Of a DNA stretch of 33,587 nt, positions 9,401 to 17,600 are shown one piece after another. Position numbers and translations under genes: made by a program. The notes under the pieces were generated by a model that saw only the letters and a list, made by a program, of their open reading frames with translations, did no database searches and had not been told where the DNA came from. The number at the start of each line of letters is the position of its first letter. Position 1 is the first letter of the stretch. This stretch comes from a virus (lineage: Duplodnaviria; Caudoviricetes), in the IMG/VR virus record IMGVR_UViG_3300048881_000702, positions 1-33,587 of that record. The stretch is one strand, 5' to 3'.

Positions 9401-11445
9401 AGTTCTACCGGAACCCCGGTGAGGCTGCCGGGGAGATGAACCCCCCGAGGGGCTTCAAGGTGGCGGGATCCCAGGGTCTGGCGACGGTCGTTCTGCCGAG
9501 CCACGCCATCTACAAGCTCGAGTTCGCAAGGCACAAGCTCAAGACCTACCAGATCGTGGCAGCCCGTGGCACCGGGAGCGCACCGGCGGTGCCGAAGCTC
9601 GGCAACCATAGGTATGGATCCGGCCCCGAGATCGTGGCGGCCTTGTCGAACAGGTTCGGTGCCTTCGGGATCAGCGGCGCACCCGAGACGCCCGTCGGCG
9701 ACATATTCACGACGTTCGTGCAGAACATGGTCATCGAGCTCCCGCAGTACGAGGGCAGGGACAGCAAGGCCGGCAGCTCGGGATGGCCGGGGACCTCGTC
9801 CATGACCACCGCCTACAACGCCAGGGCCGCCGAGCTCGACGACTACGGTGTGGTCAACGGGAACACGTGGAACATCGACGCCAACAGGATCTGGATGTCC
9901 TACATGAACCCTCGGCAAGGGTGCGAGTACGGCTCCCACGGCCGCTCGCAGGGCCCCCGCTCGGCAGCGACGCAGCGAGATGGTACCTCGGGCGAGATGA
10001 TGGACCGCTGCCCGCTCAGCCGCCTACCCGGATCGTGGCACCGCGTCCGGACCCGGACTTACTACGAGGGTGGGACGGCACCCGTCGGCGGCTCCGACAC
10101 CTTCGACGAGGGGAAGGTGAAGAAGTTGGTGGTCTTCGCCGAAGCCTGCGCGGACTTCTCCGAGGAGATCCGCCGCCGCCTCTACTGGGTGGTCCAGATC
10201 TACTGCGCGCAGTTCCACGCCGTTCACCGAGGCCACCAGGACGACGAGTCCATGGCCGACTGGAGGAAGCTGAACGAGCTCCTCGAGAACATCGGAACTG
10301 CAACCGGGTACGACGGCCTCGCCCTCCGGGGGTACTTCACGCTCGCCCTTGAGGGGCGGGCGGGCGGGACGCGGGTCAACTTCACCTCCCCTGTGTTCCC
10401 GATCAGCGACGACGCCGGGTACGAGCACTACGGTGCCCACGCCTACGGCCGCGGCCTCGACATCTCCCCGGGCGGCACGATGCAGGAGCTGCACGAGCAG
10501 GATCCCATAGGATCCGTCGATCCGGCGGCGGTCGAGGCGGTGGTCAACTCCATCCTCGGGCGGAGGAACGAGACCAACGCCACGTATGGAGCGAACATCG
10601 CCGAGCTCGGTGCCAAGATCCTGGAGATGGAGGCGGCGGCCCCCGGGACCATCGCCGGTGCCCAGATCTTCCAACCCATCTGGGCCGACTACCTCGCCGC
10701 CAGCACGGAGGCTGCGCGGTCCCAGGTCCTCCAGCGGGGTCTGATGAACGTGTTCGAGCAGGGCACCGGCATCCCCCTGCGGCAGACGGTCACCAACTCC
10801 GCCTTCGGTCTGGCGGACCTCATTCCGGACTACGGCATCGAAGGCGGGGCCACGTCAATCGGGCGCGCCTTCAACGACTCCGACCTGCACGTCGCCGACT
10901 CCTTCTTACGCTTGGAGGCGTTCGACCCGGACAACTATCTGATGATCGGATCCGTGGAGCCCGGCGGGGCCGACGTCGGCGCCCGGGTCGCGGAATGGGT
11001 CTCGTCCGAGATGGCGGCGAAGGCCGCCGATTGGGCCATGTCGCAGGCGGCCCTCCGGGGACGCACGGAAGTCCCCGCCGCACTCGCCGACTTCTCGAGC
11101 ATAGGGGAGGGCTTTATGGATTCGAGCTGGGGGACCATCTTCCGCGACGACCATGCGCCCTCTTCCGCGATGGAGGGATCCCTCGCGGCCCTCTCCCAGG
11201 TGGGCGACGACTTCACGGCGGCGCATAAGGCATCGACGAATATGTGGGACAACCTTGGTAGCGCACTGGGCAAGATCGCCGATGCGTCCCCGGCGGGGTC
11301 GTCCAACGTCGGCTACGAGTCCGGCGACACCTGGCAGGGTCCGGACGGCTATTGGTACGGGATGGACGGCAACAACGAGGTCGTCGGCCCGTTCCCCAGC
11401 GAGGCCGGCGCCGATGTCATCGTGAATCCGGAGGGCGACGAGTAG
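6475..11445 (+). CDS. Baseplate hub protein (T4 gp27 / Mu gp44 / P2 gpD-like) with a large C-terminal extension, ~1656 aa
   Basis: Start moved from 6463 to ATG 6475 (TAG-C-ATG junction, GGAG at 6467-6470). Hub-type motifs GYEFYQDVGGDLIFKPP and ITIPIRPELRTGHPIYVEHIDCFYYIAGLAHSFSFGGSCTTTLQLT. Immediately upstream of the spike gene. Confidence 0.75.
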   Translation: MADNQQMNRPFGGTWKPNKTGLVQYTPDCIVFINGDIELSTTQVARKKLPLQPFITQVSVDAGIEPGSHSASVTLSVPRNFASAYFKDGEMALRPGLEVHIYIRGYMPIPGIAAQGDTTVLDSLKAATAKLQESNNSKVEEMALRPWYHCFHGVIISATHSYSSGTWDAGFECAGMLHFWQFMDMSTNASIFGSRPRGSQMQSSLVGHNFTNMTPFSIIYSLYRDTAGAAGAVAFALSSSTNVSAVVGDDMSMFQATQLYWQRRFSQRMYGLKMYGANGEMFNTAQAALVGRLSSGDLSRAAAANYNAASAQTHSAASPHLADPPAHRAADHVPGSPHIPAIEFDETTMRRRSSETSGIPVAVHQLKAYVTDISQYGSINLFESSYESKLDIAQAATTACGYEFYQDVGGDLIFKPPLYNLDTSISPAYRIRPLDLISINFTENEPVATYMTIKGEQFSNMNGLGLSGEFGVRGNYIDYPLVAKFGWRPGDMDAAFYSTGRAAFWAAVSHLDVLNAGTNSCSITIPIRPELRTGHPIYVEHIDCFYYIAGLAHSFSFGGSCTTTLQLTAKRAKWIPPGDPTKKGIEAVTLDKPHYPPKPLFATDMSGQHVKGVGFPNVVMSLDVNKADPLLWAFGADLTNLGNPNTISNLIHDLWERGRIWRQTTTGGTYAAPASTQNADQTFDEFDPIATGGTYCISLTNLEITALGDRHGQPYYDNSLVRGGVGDVGSQDVNGTMTPTTTTTFSFTMDNLLSQATHYLNQLAAVEDTYNEGLRENPNSNAVRVAYSAALEQLETNLKSGATTDPSGAAIPGGGGEGSASIFHLMQIVQYFQTNGVGGVNEGANYNPARLSSAGLSTLLADRKAAFSNNNTPGYYRYYSSSHPDPVHHAHGGSVHNARTATGRVQMTDIPSAVVCDTANLAEGIENPRVRALFKPTNQIAANTTTGEVGYPPFLSSTDMEAGSDNPSPIATGFVQFYRNPGEAAGEMNPPRGFKVAGSQGLATVVLPSHAIYKLEFARHKLKTYQIVAARGTGSAPAVPKLGNHRYGSGPEIVAALSNRFGAFGISGAPETPVGDIFTTFVQNMVIELPQYEGRDSKAGSSGWPGTSSMTTAYNARAAELDDYGVVNGNTWNIDANRIWMSYMNPRQGCEYGSHGRSQGPRSAATQRDGTSGEMMDRCPLSRLPGSWHRVRTRTYYEGGTAPVGGSDTFDEGKVKKLVVFAEACADFSEEIRRRLYWVVQIYCAQFHAVHRGHQDDESMADWRKLNELLENIGTATGYDGLALRGYFTLALEGRAGGTRVNFTSPVFPISDDAGYEHYGAHAYGRGLDISPGGTMQELHEQDPIGSVDPAAVEAVVNSILGRRNETNATYGANIAELGAKILEMEAAAPGTIAGAQIFQPIWADYLAASTEAARSQVLQRGLMNVFEQGTGIPLRQTVTNSAFGLADLIPDYGIEGGATSIGRAFNDSDLHVADSFLRLEAFDPDNYLMIGSVEPGGADVGARVAEWVSSEMAAKAADWAMSQAALRGRTEVPAALADFSSIGEGFMDSSWGTIFRDDHAPSSAMEGSLAALSQVGDDFTAAHKASTNMWDNLGSALGKIADASPAGSSNVGYESGDTWQGPDGYWYGMDGNNEVVGPFPSEAGADVIVNPEGDE

Positions 11446-11460
11446 ACCCCCGGTCGCCGG

Positions 11461-11478
11461 GGTGGTTGGACTCCTATA
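11461..11478 (+). promoter_or_regulatory. Candidate phage (late) promoter motif GGYGGTT-N5-CCTATA, copy 1
   Basis: GGTGGTT-GGACT-CCTATA in the 69-bp gap upstream of the spike gene. The same motif with identical spacing occurs at 30789-30806. Confidence 0.5.
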
Positions 11479-11514
11479 CCTCGCGGGTAGTGTCCCTTGA
11501 AGGAGGAGTCGATC

Positions 11515-13998
11515 ATGACAAACGGTACAGGCCCATCAGGAGTTCCGGTCACCCGGGGCGAGGTCCGCACACAGCTCGGCATCCCCAACGAGGCCGCCGC
11601 CGCCTCGATGGACACCGGCCAGTCCGCATGGTCCCTCATCATGTGTACCGTCCAGTCCATCGACTGGGAGGTCCAGCGGTGCGTCCTGCGGCCGATGTCC
11701 GGGACGCGGGAGGAGAAGCCCTTCACGGCGGGTACTCCGATCACCTTCGCGGGCGGCGGCAGGCGGCACTTCTTCGGGGCGATGCCCATGGTGGGCGACT
11801 ACTGCGTCGTGGGTTGGATCTCGGGGAACTCCATGGGTCAGGCCGGCAGCAGGCTGCCGATCATCCTCTCCTGGTTCCCGCCGCCCTGGTGGATGGGCCG
11901 GGACTGGATTCCGGGGTCCGACATGGCCCCGGGTGAGGGTCTCGACCTCCCCGAGCAGCTCGACCGGTGGGACGGCATCATGAGCAGGGTGCGGTTCAAG
12001 CTCCGGCACATGGAGCCCGGCCACATCGTCGCCTCCTCCGGCCAGGGGGCCGACATGGTCCTCGACGAGAGCGTGACCTTCGCCAACCGGCGAGGCAACG
12101 AGCTCCGTCTCCGCGACCAGGACCAGGCCCTCGTGGTCCGGTCCGTGAACCAGTTCCACGCCATGTCGGGCTGCCGGATCTACGCCGGGCCGGTCCGGCG
12201 GGACGCCCAGTTCTTGCAGTCGCAGATGTTCAGTGACGGGTACTTCTGGGACACGCCGCAGCAGTACGTCGCAAACGATTCCGAGCTCACAGATCTGACC
12301 GAGTCCGGTTTCCTCAACAGCGCCGTCCTCGGCAAGATCCCCGACATCTGGAGCCGGGGCGACATGACCCCCGGCGAGGTATTCCAGCGCCACCCCAGTG
12401 GTGAGTCGGACATCTCCGCATACGAGGAGGCCATGACGGCGGCGGGCACCCCGTACCTGTTCCCCGACCACATCGACCCGTACAGTTTCCTGGCCTGGGG
12501 CGCGTTCTGCGCCGAGGACGGCGCAGAGGCCCCCTCTCCGAATCTCGGGTCCGGGAAGGCCATCTACGGCGGGAAGGTGATGTACCGGGTAGGCACCATG
12601 CCGTTGAACAGCGCGGGCAAGGTGCCGGGGATCCGGAATCAGATCAACCAGGCAAGTACCGACGCCCTCACCACCCGGGCGCTCGCCGAGTACCGGATAG
12701 AGGTGGCCCACGACAGCGACTGCACGCTTCCGGTCACTGAACAGACCGACGGCTTCGATGCCGACCGGCTGCCGTCGGGGATGGGATCCAGCTCCTCTGG
12801 CGACGTCCCCTTCATCGAGATGGTGTACGGATCCGTGGTCGGGAACGATCCGTTCAAGGAGGCCACACTCTACGGCCTGCCACTCGTCCCCAAGGTGTTC
12901 GATGGCACCGCTGTGGACGCCAACATCGTCAGCGGGATCGGGCACTCTCCGGCCGAACATGCGGCGACCCTGTTCAGGATGAAGTCCCCCACCGGGGGCG
13001 GCACCACCTGGTGGAGCGTCACCAAGAGCAGCCACTTCCTCGCCTCCCTCGGGGGCACCGGGACGAGCGCCGAGATCGCCTGCGCCGGGTCGGTCAAGCT
13101 CCGGACGACCTCCTTCGACCTCGTCGGCGGGGGTCTGCGACTCCAGGGAACCGGGAACTCGCAGATGGACTACGGGATCGATATGTCTTCCCCCTCCTCC
13201 GCCATCCGGATCTACGGAGGGGGTGAGACCAACGAGGGGCGTGTGTCCCGCAGGAATGAGGCGGAGCAGTCGTCCGAGGCCGACACCCCGAGCCTCCACC
13301 TCGAAGGACGGCGGAACGTCCTCATCCAGGCGGAGCGCAAGGTGGAGATCCACGCCGCCGAGCTCGACCTGACCAGGACGCAGAAGGTGATCCTCGGCGG
13401 CCAGAACTCCCTTGAGTTCGCCAGCGGCGACAAGCTCACGATGTCGGGCAAGGCGGGCAGCATCACAACGACGGGAACCCGTACCGACACATGCTCGGGC
13501 GGCAACCCGATGGACGGGGCCTGCTTCACGCGCACCATCACCTGCAACCCGACGACCGGGGCCGTCCCGTTCACGGTCCAGCAGGATGAGAGCATCCAGA
13601 TGGGCAACCGTCTGCACAACATCGACATGGGCGACAACGACCGTGTCTGCCGGGTCGGCAACCAGAACATCGACGCCTGGTCGGGCGACGTGGTCTTGAA
13701 CAGCCTCCTGGGGGCCAACTCCACCCGGGTGACCACGTCGGGGATGTCCAGCACGATGCTCTCCGGGAACATCTCGTCCACGGCGGTCAGCGGGGCGGTG
13801 ACCTGCACGGGAATGACCGGGGTCAACATCACCGCCCTCGGCGGCCCCATCTCGATCAGGAGCACCTCGGCAGTCATGATTGCCGCGCCGGGAGCGGCTC
13901 CCGGCCCGGTCACCACGGGCGGCACCCGGTGTACTATCACCGGTCTTCCGTACCTCGCCCTGACGAACTGCCAGAGCGGGGTGTTGATCACTCCGTAG
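11515..13998 (+). CDS. Central baseplate spike (gp5/gpV/VgrG-C-like: N-terminal OB fold, C-terminal beta-helix), ~827 aa
   Basis: Start moved from TTG 11497 to ATG 11515 (AGGAGG at 11501-11506). OB-fold-type FFGAMPMVGDYCVVGWI. C-terminal short beta repeats (SIQMGNRLHNIDMGDNDRVCRVGNQNIDAWSGDVVLN; SGNISSTAVSGAVTCTGMTGVNITA). Follows the hub. Confidence 0.72.
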   Translation: MTNGTGPSGVPVTRGEVRTQLGIPNEAAAASMDTGQSAWSLIMCTVQSIDWEVQRCVLRPMSGTREEKPFTAGTPITFAGGGRRHFFGAMPMVGDYCVVGWISGNSMGQAGSRLPIILSWFPPPWWMGRDWIPGSDMAPGEGLDLPEQLDRWDGIMSRVRFKLRHMEPGHIVASSGQGADMVLDESVTFANRRGNELRLRDQDQALVVRSVNQFHAMSGCRIYAGPVRRDAQFLQSQMFSDGYFWDTPQQYVANDSELTDLTESGFLNSAVLGKIPDIWSRGDMTPGEVFQRHPSGESDISAYEEAMTAAGTPYLFPDHIDPYSFLAWGAFCAEDGAEAPSPNLGSGKAIYGGKVMYRVGTMPLNSAGKVPGIRNQINQASTDALTTRALAEYRIEVAHDSDCTLPVTEQTDGFDADRLPSGMGSSSSGDVPFIEMVYGSVVGNDPFKEATLYGLPLVPKVFDGTAVDANIVSGIGHSPAEHAATLFRMKSPTGGGTTWWSVTKSSHFLASLGGTGTSAEIACAGSVKLRTTSFDLVGGGLRLQGTGNSQMDYGIDMSSPSSAIRIYGGGETNEGRVSRRNEAEQSSEADTPSLHLEGRRNVLIQAERKVEIHAAELDLTRTQKVILGGQNSLEFASGDKLTMSGKAGSITTTGTRTDTCSGGNPMDGACFTRTITCNPTTGAVPFTVQQDESIQMGNRLHNIDMGDNDRVCRVGNQNIDAWSGDVVLNSLLGANSTRVTTSGMSSTMLSGNISSTAVSGAVTCTGMTGVNITALGGPISIRSTSAVMIAAPGAAPGPVTTGGTRCTITGLPYLALTNCQSGVLITP

Positions 13999-14007
13999 GA
14001 GAGACAG

Positions 14008-14604
14008 ATGCCGCTCGTTCCGTCACAGATAGCAGCCCAGATACGTCTGGCGGCCCCCACCTTCTCCGGGACCATGTGGATGCCGGTCACCGAGGCCATC
14101 GGTCTCGCCGTGACCGCCTGGGCCACGGGGCAGCCGCAGAACGTCATGATGACGGGGGTGACCACGGGCGTGCTCGGGGGCGGTGCCGTACAGGGGAAGA
14201 TCATCTGCCCGCCCATGCCGCCCCTCGTCATAGGGGCCTGCATGGCCGCCGGGAACACCGGTCCCATGATGACGGCCCTGGCGACGGCGGCCTCCATCGG
14301 GGTGACCACGACGTTCACGCAGACGGGCATGTACGCCGGTCCCTCCGCCGGGACGGGGGCGGGTATCGACATCTCGAAGATCGTGGTGGCGAACCCGGCT
14401 TCCCTCATCGGCCTGATCCAGACGATGCTGCGGGCCGTCACCGGCGGTGGAGGGCCTGGCGTTACCATGCTTGCCACGGGACTCGGCAACGGGATAGCGG
14501 CCAACGTGATGCTCGGGTTCGGAGCTCCCGGTATGGGTGTTGTAGTGGGGGCGGGCGGCCCCCTTCCAGGGGCTGGGAGCAGTCCAATGAGCGTGGTGGT
14601 GTGA
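14008..14604 (+). CDS. Small Gly/Ala/Thr-rich protein with three internal repeats; candidate spike-tip protein, 198 aa
   Basis: AGGAG at 13997-14001, ATG 14008. Only 6 charged residues. Three ~60-70-aa repeats. Directly after the spike. The CDS is well supported; the function is inference. Confidence 0.6.
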   Translation: MPLVPSQIAAQIRLAAPTFSGTMWMPVTEAIGLAVTAWATGQPQNVMMTGVTTGVLGGGAVQGKIICPPMPPLVIGACMAAGNTGPMMTALATAASIGVTTTFTQTGMYAGPSAGTGAGIDISKIVVANPASLIGLIQTMLRAVTGGGGPGVTMLATGLGNGIAANVMLGFGAPGMGVVVGAGGPLPGAGSSPMSVVV

Positions 14605-17600
14605 ATGGGGATCTTTGACGGACATGTGCTGAGGGGCCCGAGGGTGGCCCAGAGCAACGCAACGACGACGGCCCCCTCGACGGGGGGCGTGTGCGGCGAC
14701 GTGAAGGTGATCGGGACCGGGTTCACCGCCTCGTTCCAGAACGCCTGGGGAACGGACAACCTCGTGCGCCCCTCGTACTACCAGTATGAGGCGGCCATCC
14801 TCGAGGGTCGGGAGGGCAAGGTTGAGGAATACCTCGTGTGGGCCGCCAACTCCTCCAACCTGTCCGTCGTGGAAGGCCCCACCAACGCCATCGACGAGGG
14901 GTCTGTGTCGATCCCCTGGGGTGAGCAGTACGTCTTCACCTCGGACATGTCGAAGTTCTCCAAGCCGTTGGCGGGGGAGGTGACCTTCACCTCGGGGTTG
15001 GCGGCCATCACCGGGGTCGGGACGGAGTTCGAGTCCGCACTGTCCCCCGGCGCCTACATCTACTTCGGCCTGGCCCAGTACACGGTGGCCTCCGTCGAGT
15101 CCGACACGGAGGCGACCCTCACGGCACCCGCCGGAGCCTCCTTCGTGGCGGCTGCGGGGACCATCGTCGTGATCGAACCCCTCGCCGGGGCCAGCGAGAA
15201 CCTCGTGCTGACGGACGACGGCGGGCGGAGTATCGCCGGGGTGATCGGCATCACCGTCGTCCTGGGGGACGACGAACTGAAGGTGCGGCAGCCCCTCGTG
15301 GTGGGCGTCGACATAACCTGCGACGACCCCGACTCCGGGATCATCACCATCAACGACACGCCAGCCATGCAGGCGATGTTCCGTCCCGCAGCAGGCAGCG
15401 TGCCCGCCATGAGCTCGAAGCGTGGCGACTTCGTCTATTCGGTGGCCTACTACCTGGCGGCCCCGAGGTTCTGGTGGACGAGGAACGACCCCGGGGCCGA
15501 GCGGTTCGGCTGGAACGGGGCCAAGCAGCGGTGGGAGCCCTTCAAGGGCGGCCCCCCGAAGGATCTGGAGCGGCTCACCCCCGACGGCAGCTACGAGCTG
15601 TCGCCGCGCCCGACGGGGATCGCCATCGGGGAGTACCTCCCCGGCACCTACGGAGCCGACGAGTACTGCATGGTCAGACTCGGGCTGCGGCCGGATTCGA
15701 GCTCCATCCCCGTGGGCGACGCCGGGGATGGTGAAGCCTTCCGGGGGGTCCTGGCCGTCCCCGACGACGTGGCCGAGTCCGGGGACTTCGACTTCGCCTC
15801 CTACGTCCCGCCGCCCGCCGCCATCGTCGGCGAGACCTCCGGCACCCTCATCTGGAACCCCCAGATGATCGCCCTGCACGCCGGCAAGACCGTCTGGTAC
15901 ATGCCCTTGGCGTTCGAGCCTGCCTCGAATGGGGCCCTCGGCGAGCTCGACGGATCGGACAGCGACCCCCTGTTCATCACCCCCATCCCGGGGCCTACGG
16001 AGAGGCCCCTCCTGCGGATCGGCAGCCGGAGGTGGCTCAACATCCTCTTCCTGGACACCGACGCCGAACTCATGGCGGAGGCGAACGCCGACCCCGACTG
16101 GCCGCCGACCGGGAACATCGCCCTCTCCCTCAGCACGGGGATGATCAAGTGCTCCCCCGCCGACGTGGTCAAGGCGTCCATGGGGCTGGTGGAGAGCCCG
16201 AACCCGGACTTCGACAAGGCGTACGGGGGCGTACAGGTGTTCTACGACGGCGTATCCCTGACCCGAGCCGCCCAGCCGCCGAGGGCACCCGTCCAGCTCG
16301 CGGCGTCGCTCGATGCGGGCGACCTCCCCCTGTCGATCCCCACCGCCGAGGTGGGTCCGGGACTCGGCACCTCGGGCATCTGGCATGTGGAGGATGGCAC
16401 GGGTGCCGTCCCCGACGGCACTCCCCAGGTGACCCACCGCTACGGCGAGTCGGGACTCGTCCGCAAGGTCGAGGGCATCGGGGACTCCTTCGTGTTCGTT
16501 CCGAACAGGCCCCTTGAGAAGCTCAAGCTGTACAACACCATCGCCGACCTCGCGCAGTTCGTCCTGATGCCCTTCCTCATCCGGAAGGGTCGGGCGGCGG
16601 TGGCGGTGGGGAACTCGGCCACCGGGACCCAGGCCGTTGTCGGCCTGACCGACCTCGTGAGGTTCAACGGGCGGTCCGTCTACTTCCAGCAGGCCGACCT
16701 GACACCCGCTGTCTACGCAGAGGACGCCCGCATCGTCTCCAGGAGGATCGGTCCCTACACGCTCCGGGGCGACGAGCGTCTCTACATGGTGTTCAGCGGA
16801 TCCACCATCACGCAGTGGGATGCCATCGACCTGGCCGGGGGGGAGGTGGACGAGGACGGGGTCGAGTACACCACCGAGGAGGTGGCGGAGGCCATCACTC
16901 TGGCCCTCCCCGCAGGGTTCCTCTGCTCGGCCGTCATGAACCGCCTGGTCATCCACCCGGACCAGGCCCCGCCGTACACGGGTCAGATGGAGATCCTTCC
17001 CGGGCTGGCCGGGAACAAGGACCTGTCGGGGTGCGCCGCCCTCGGGATCCTTCCGTTCTGGGCCGTCAACCACCCCGTGGATCCGGCCATCGCCCGCACG
17101 GCGACGGATCCCAACTGGCTCCCAGATTCCGGATCCTCGGTCGGTCTGTGGAGGAGTCCCTACAACGAGGACGGGAGCGGGGACGAGCCCGACTTCGCCG
17201 CCCGGGCTCGCATGGACGAGGAGCACCTCGGGGATGTGTCCGAGTCCCCGTTCGTGTTCCTCATGCAGACGCCGCTCGAGGACGTGGCTGGCGTAGACGA
17301 CGGGGTGTTCTTCGAGATCCAGCGGGGTCCCTACCGGAAGAAGCTGGAGCACCTCGACAACATCAAGCACATGTTCGAGGACGGCAAGTTCGCCTGGATC
17401 GACTCCAAGACGGTCGCCTTCGCCGCCGAGGCCCCGGTGTCCAATGTGCCGCTCGGAGGTCTCGACGTCGTTCCCGAGACCCTGCATCCGGCCCTCAAGG
17501 GCTACTTCCGGTCGTCCCTTGCCGGGGAGCCCTTCGCCCTCATGCAGGAGGACGAGGACTACATCGTGCCGCACAACGGTATGCCGGGGTCGGCCATCCT

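Noticed and set aside
11448-11462. Hairpin CCCCGG-TCG-CCGGGG after the hub stop as an intrinsic terminator
   Set aside because: 6-bp stem with no following U-tract (TGGTTGG). Not enough to call a terminator.
6475-14604. Stop-codon reassignment (TAG read as sense) fusing hub+spike+198-aa gene into a VgrG-like polyprotein
   Set aside because: In-frame TAGs occur only at gene boundaries followed by SD+ATG, never inside the long genes (none in 3,986 codons). All three stop codons are used. The hub-spike gap holds a second in-frame TAG plus a promoter-like motif. The standard code fits.
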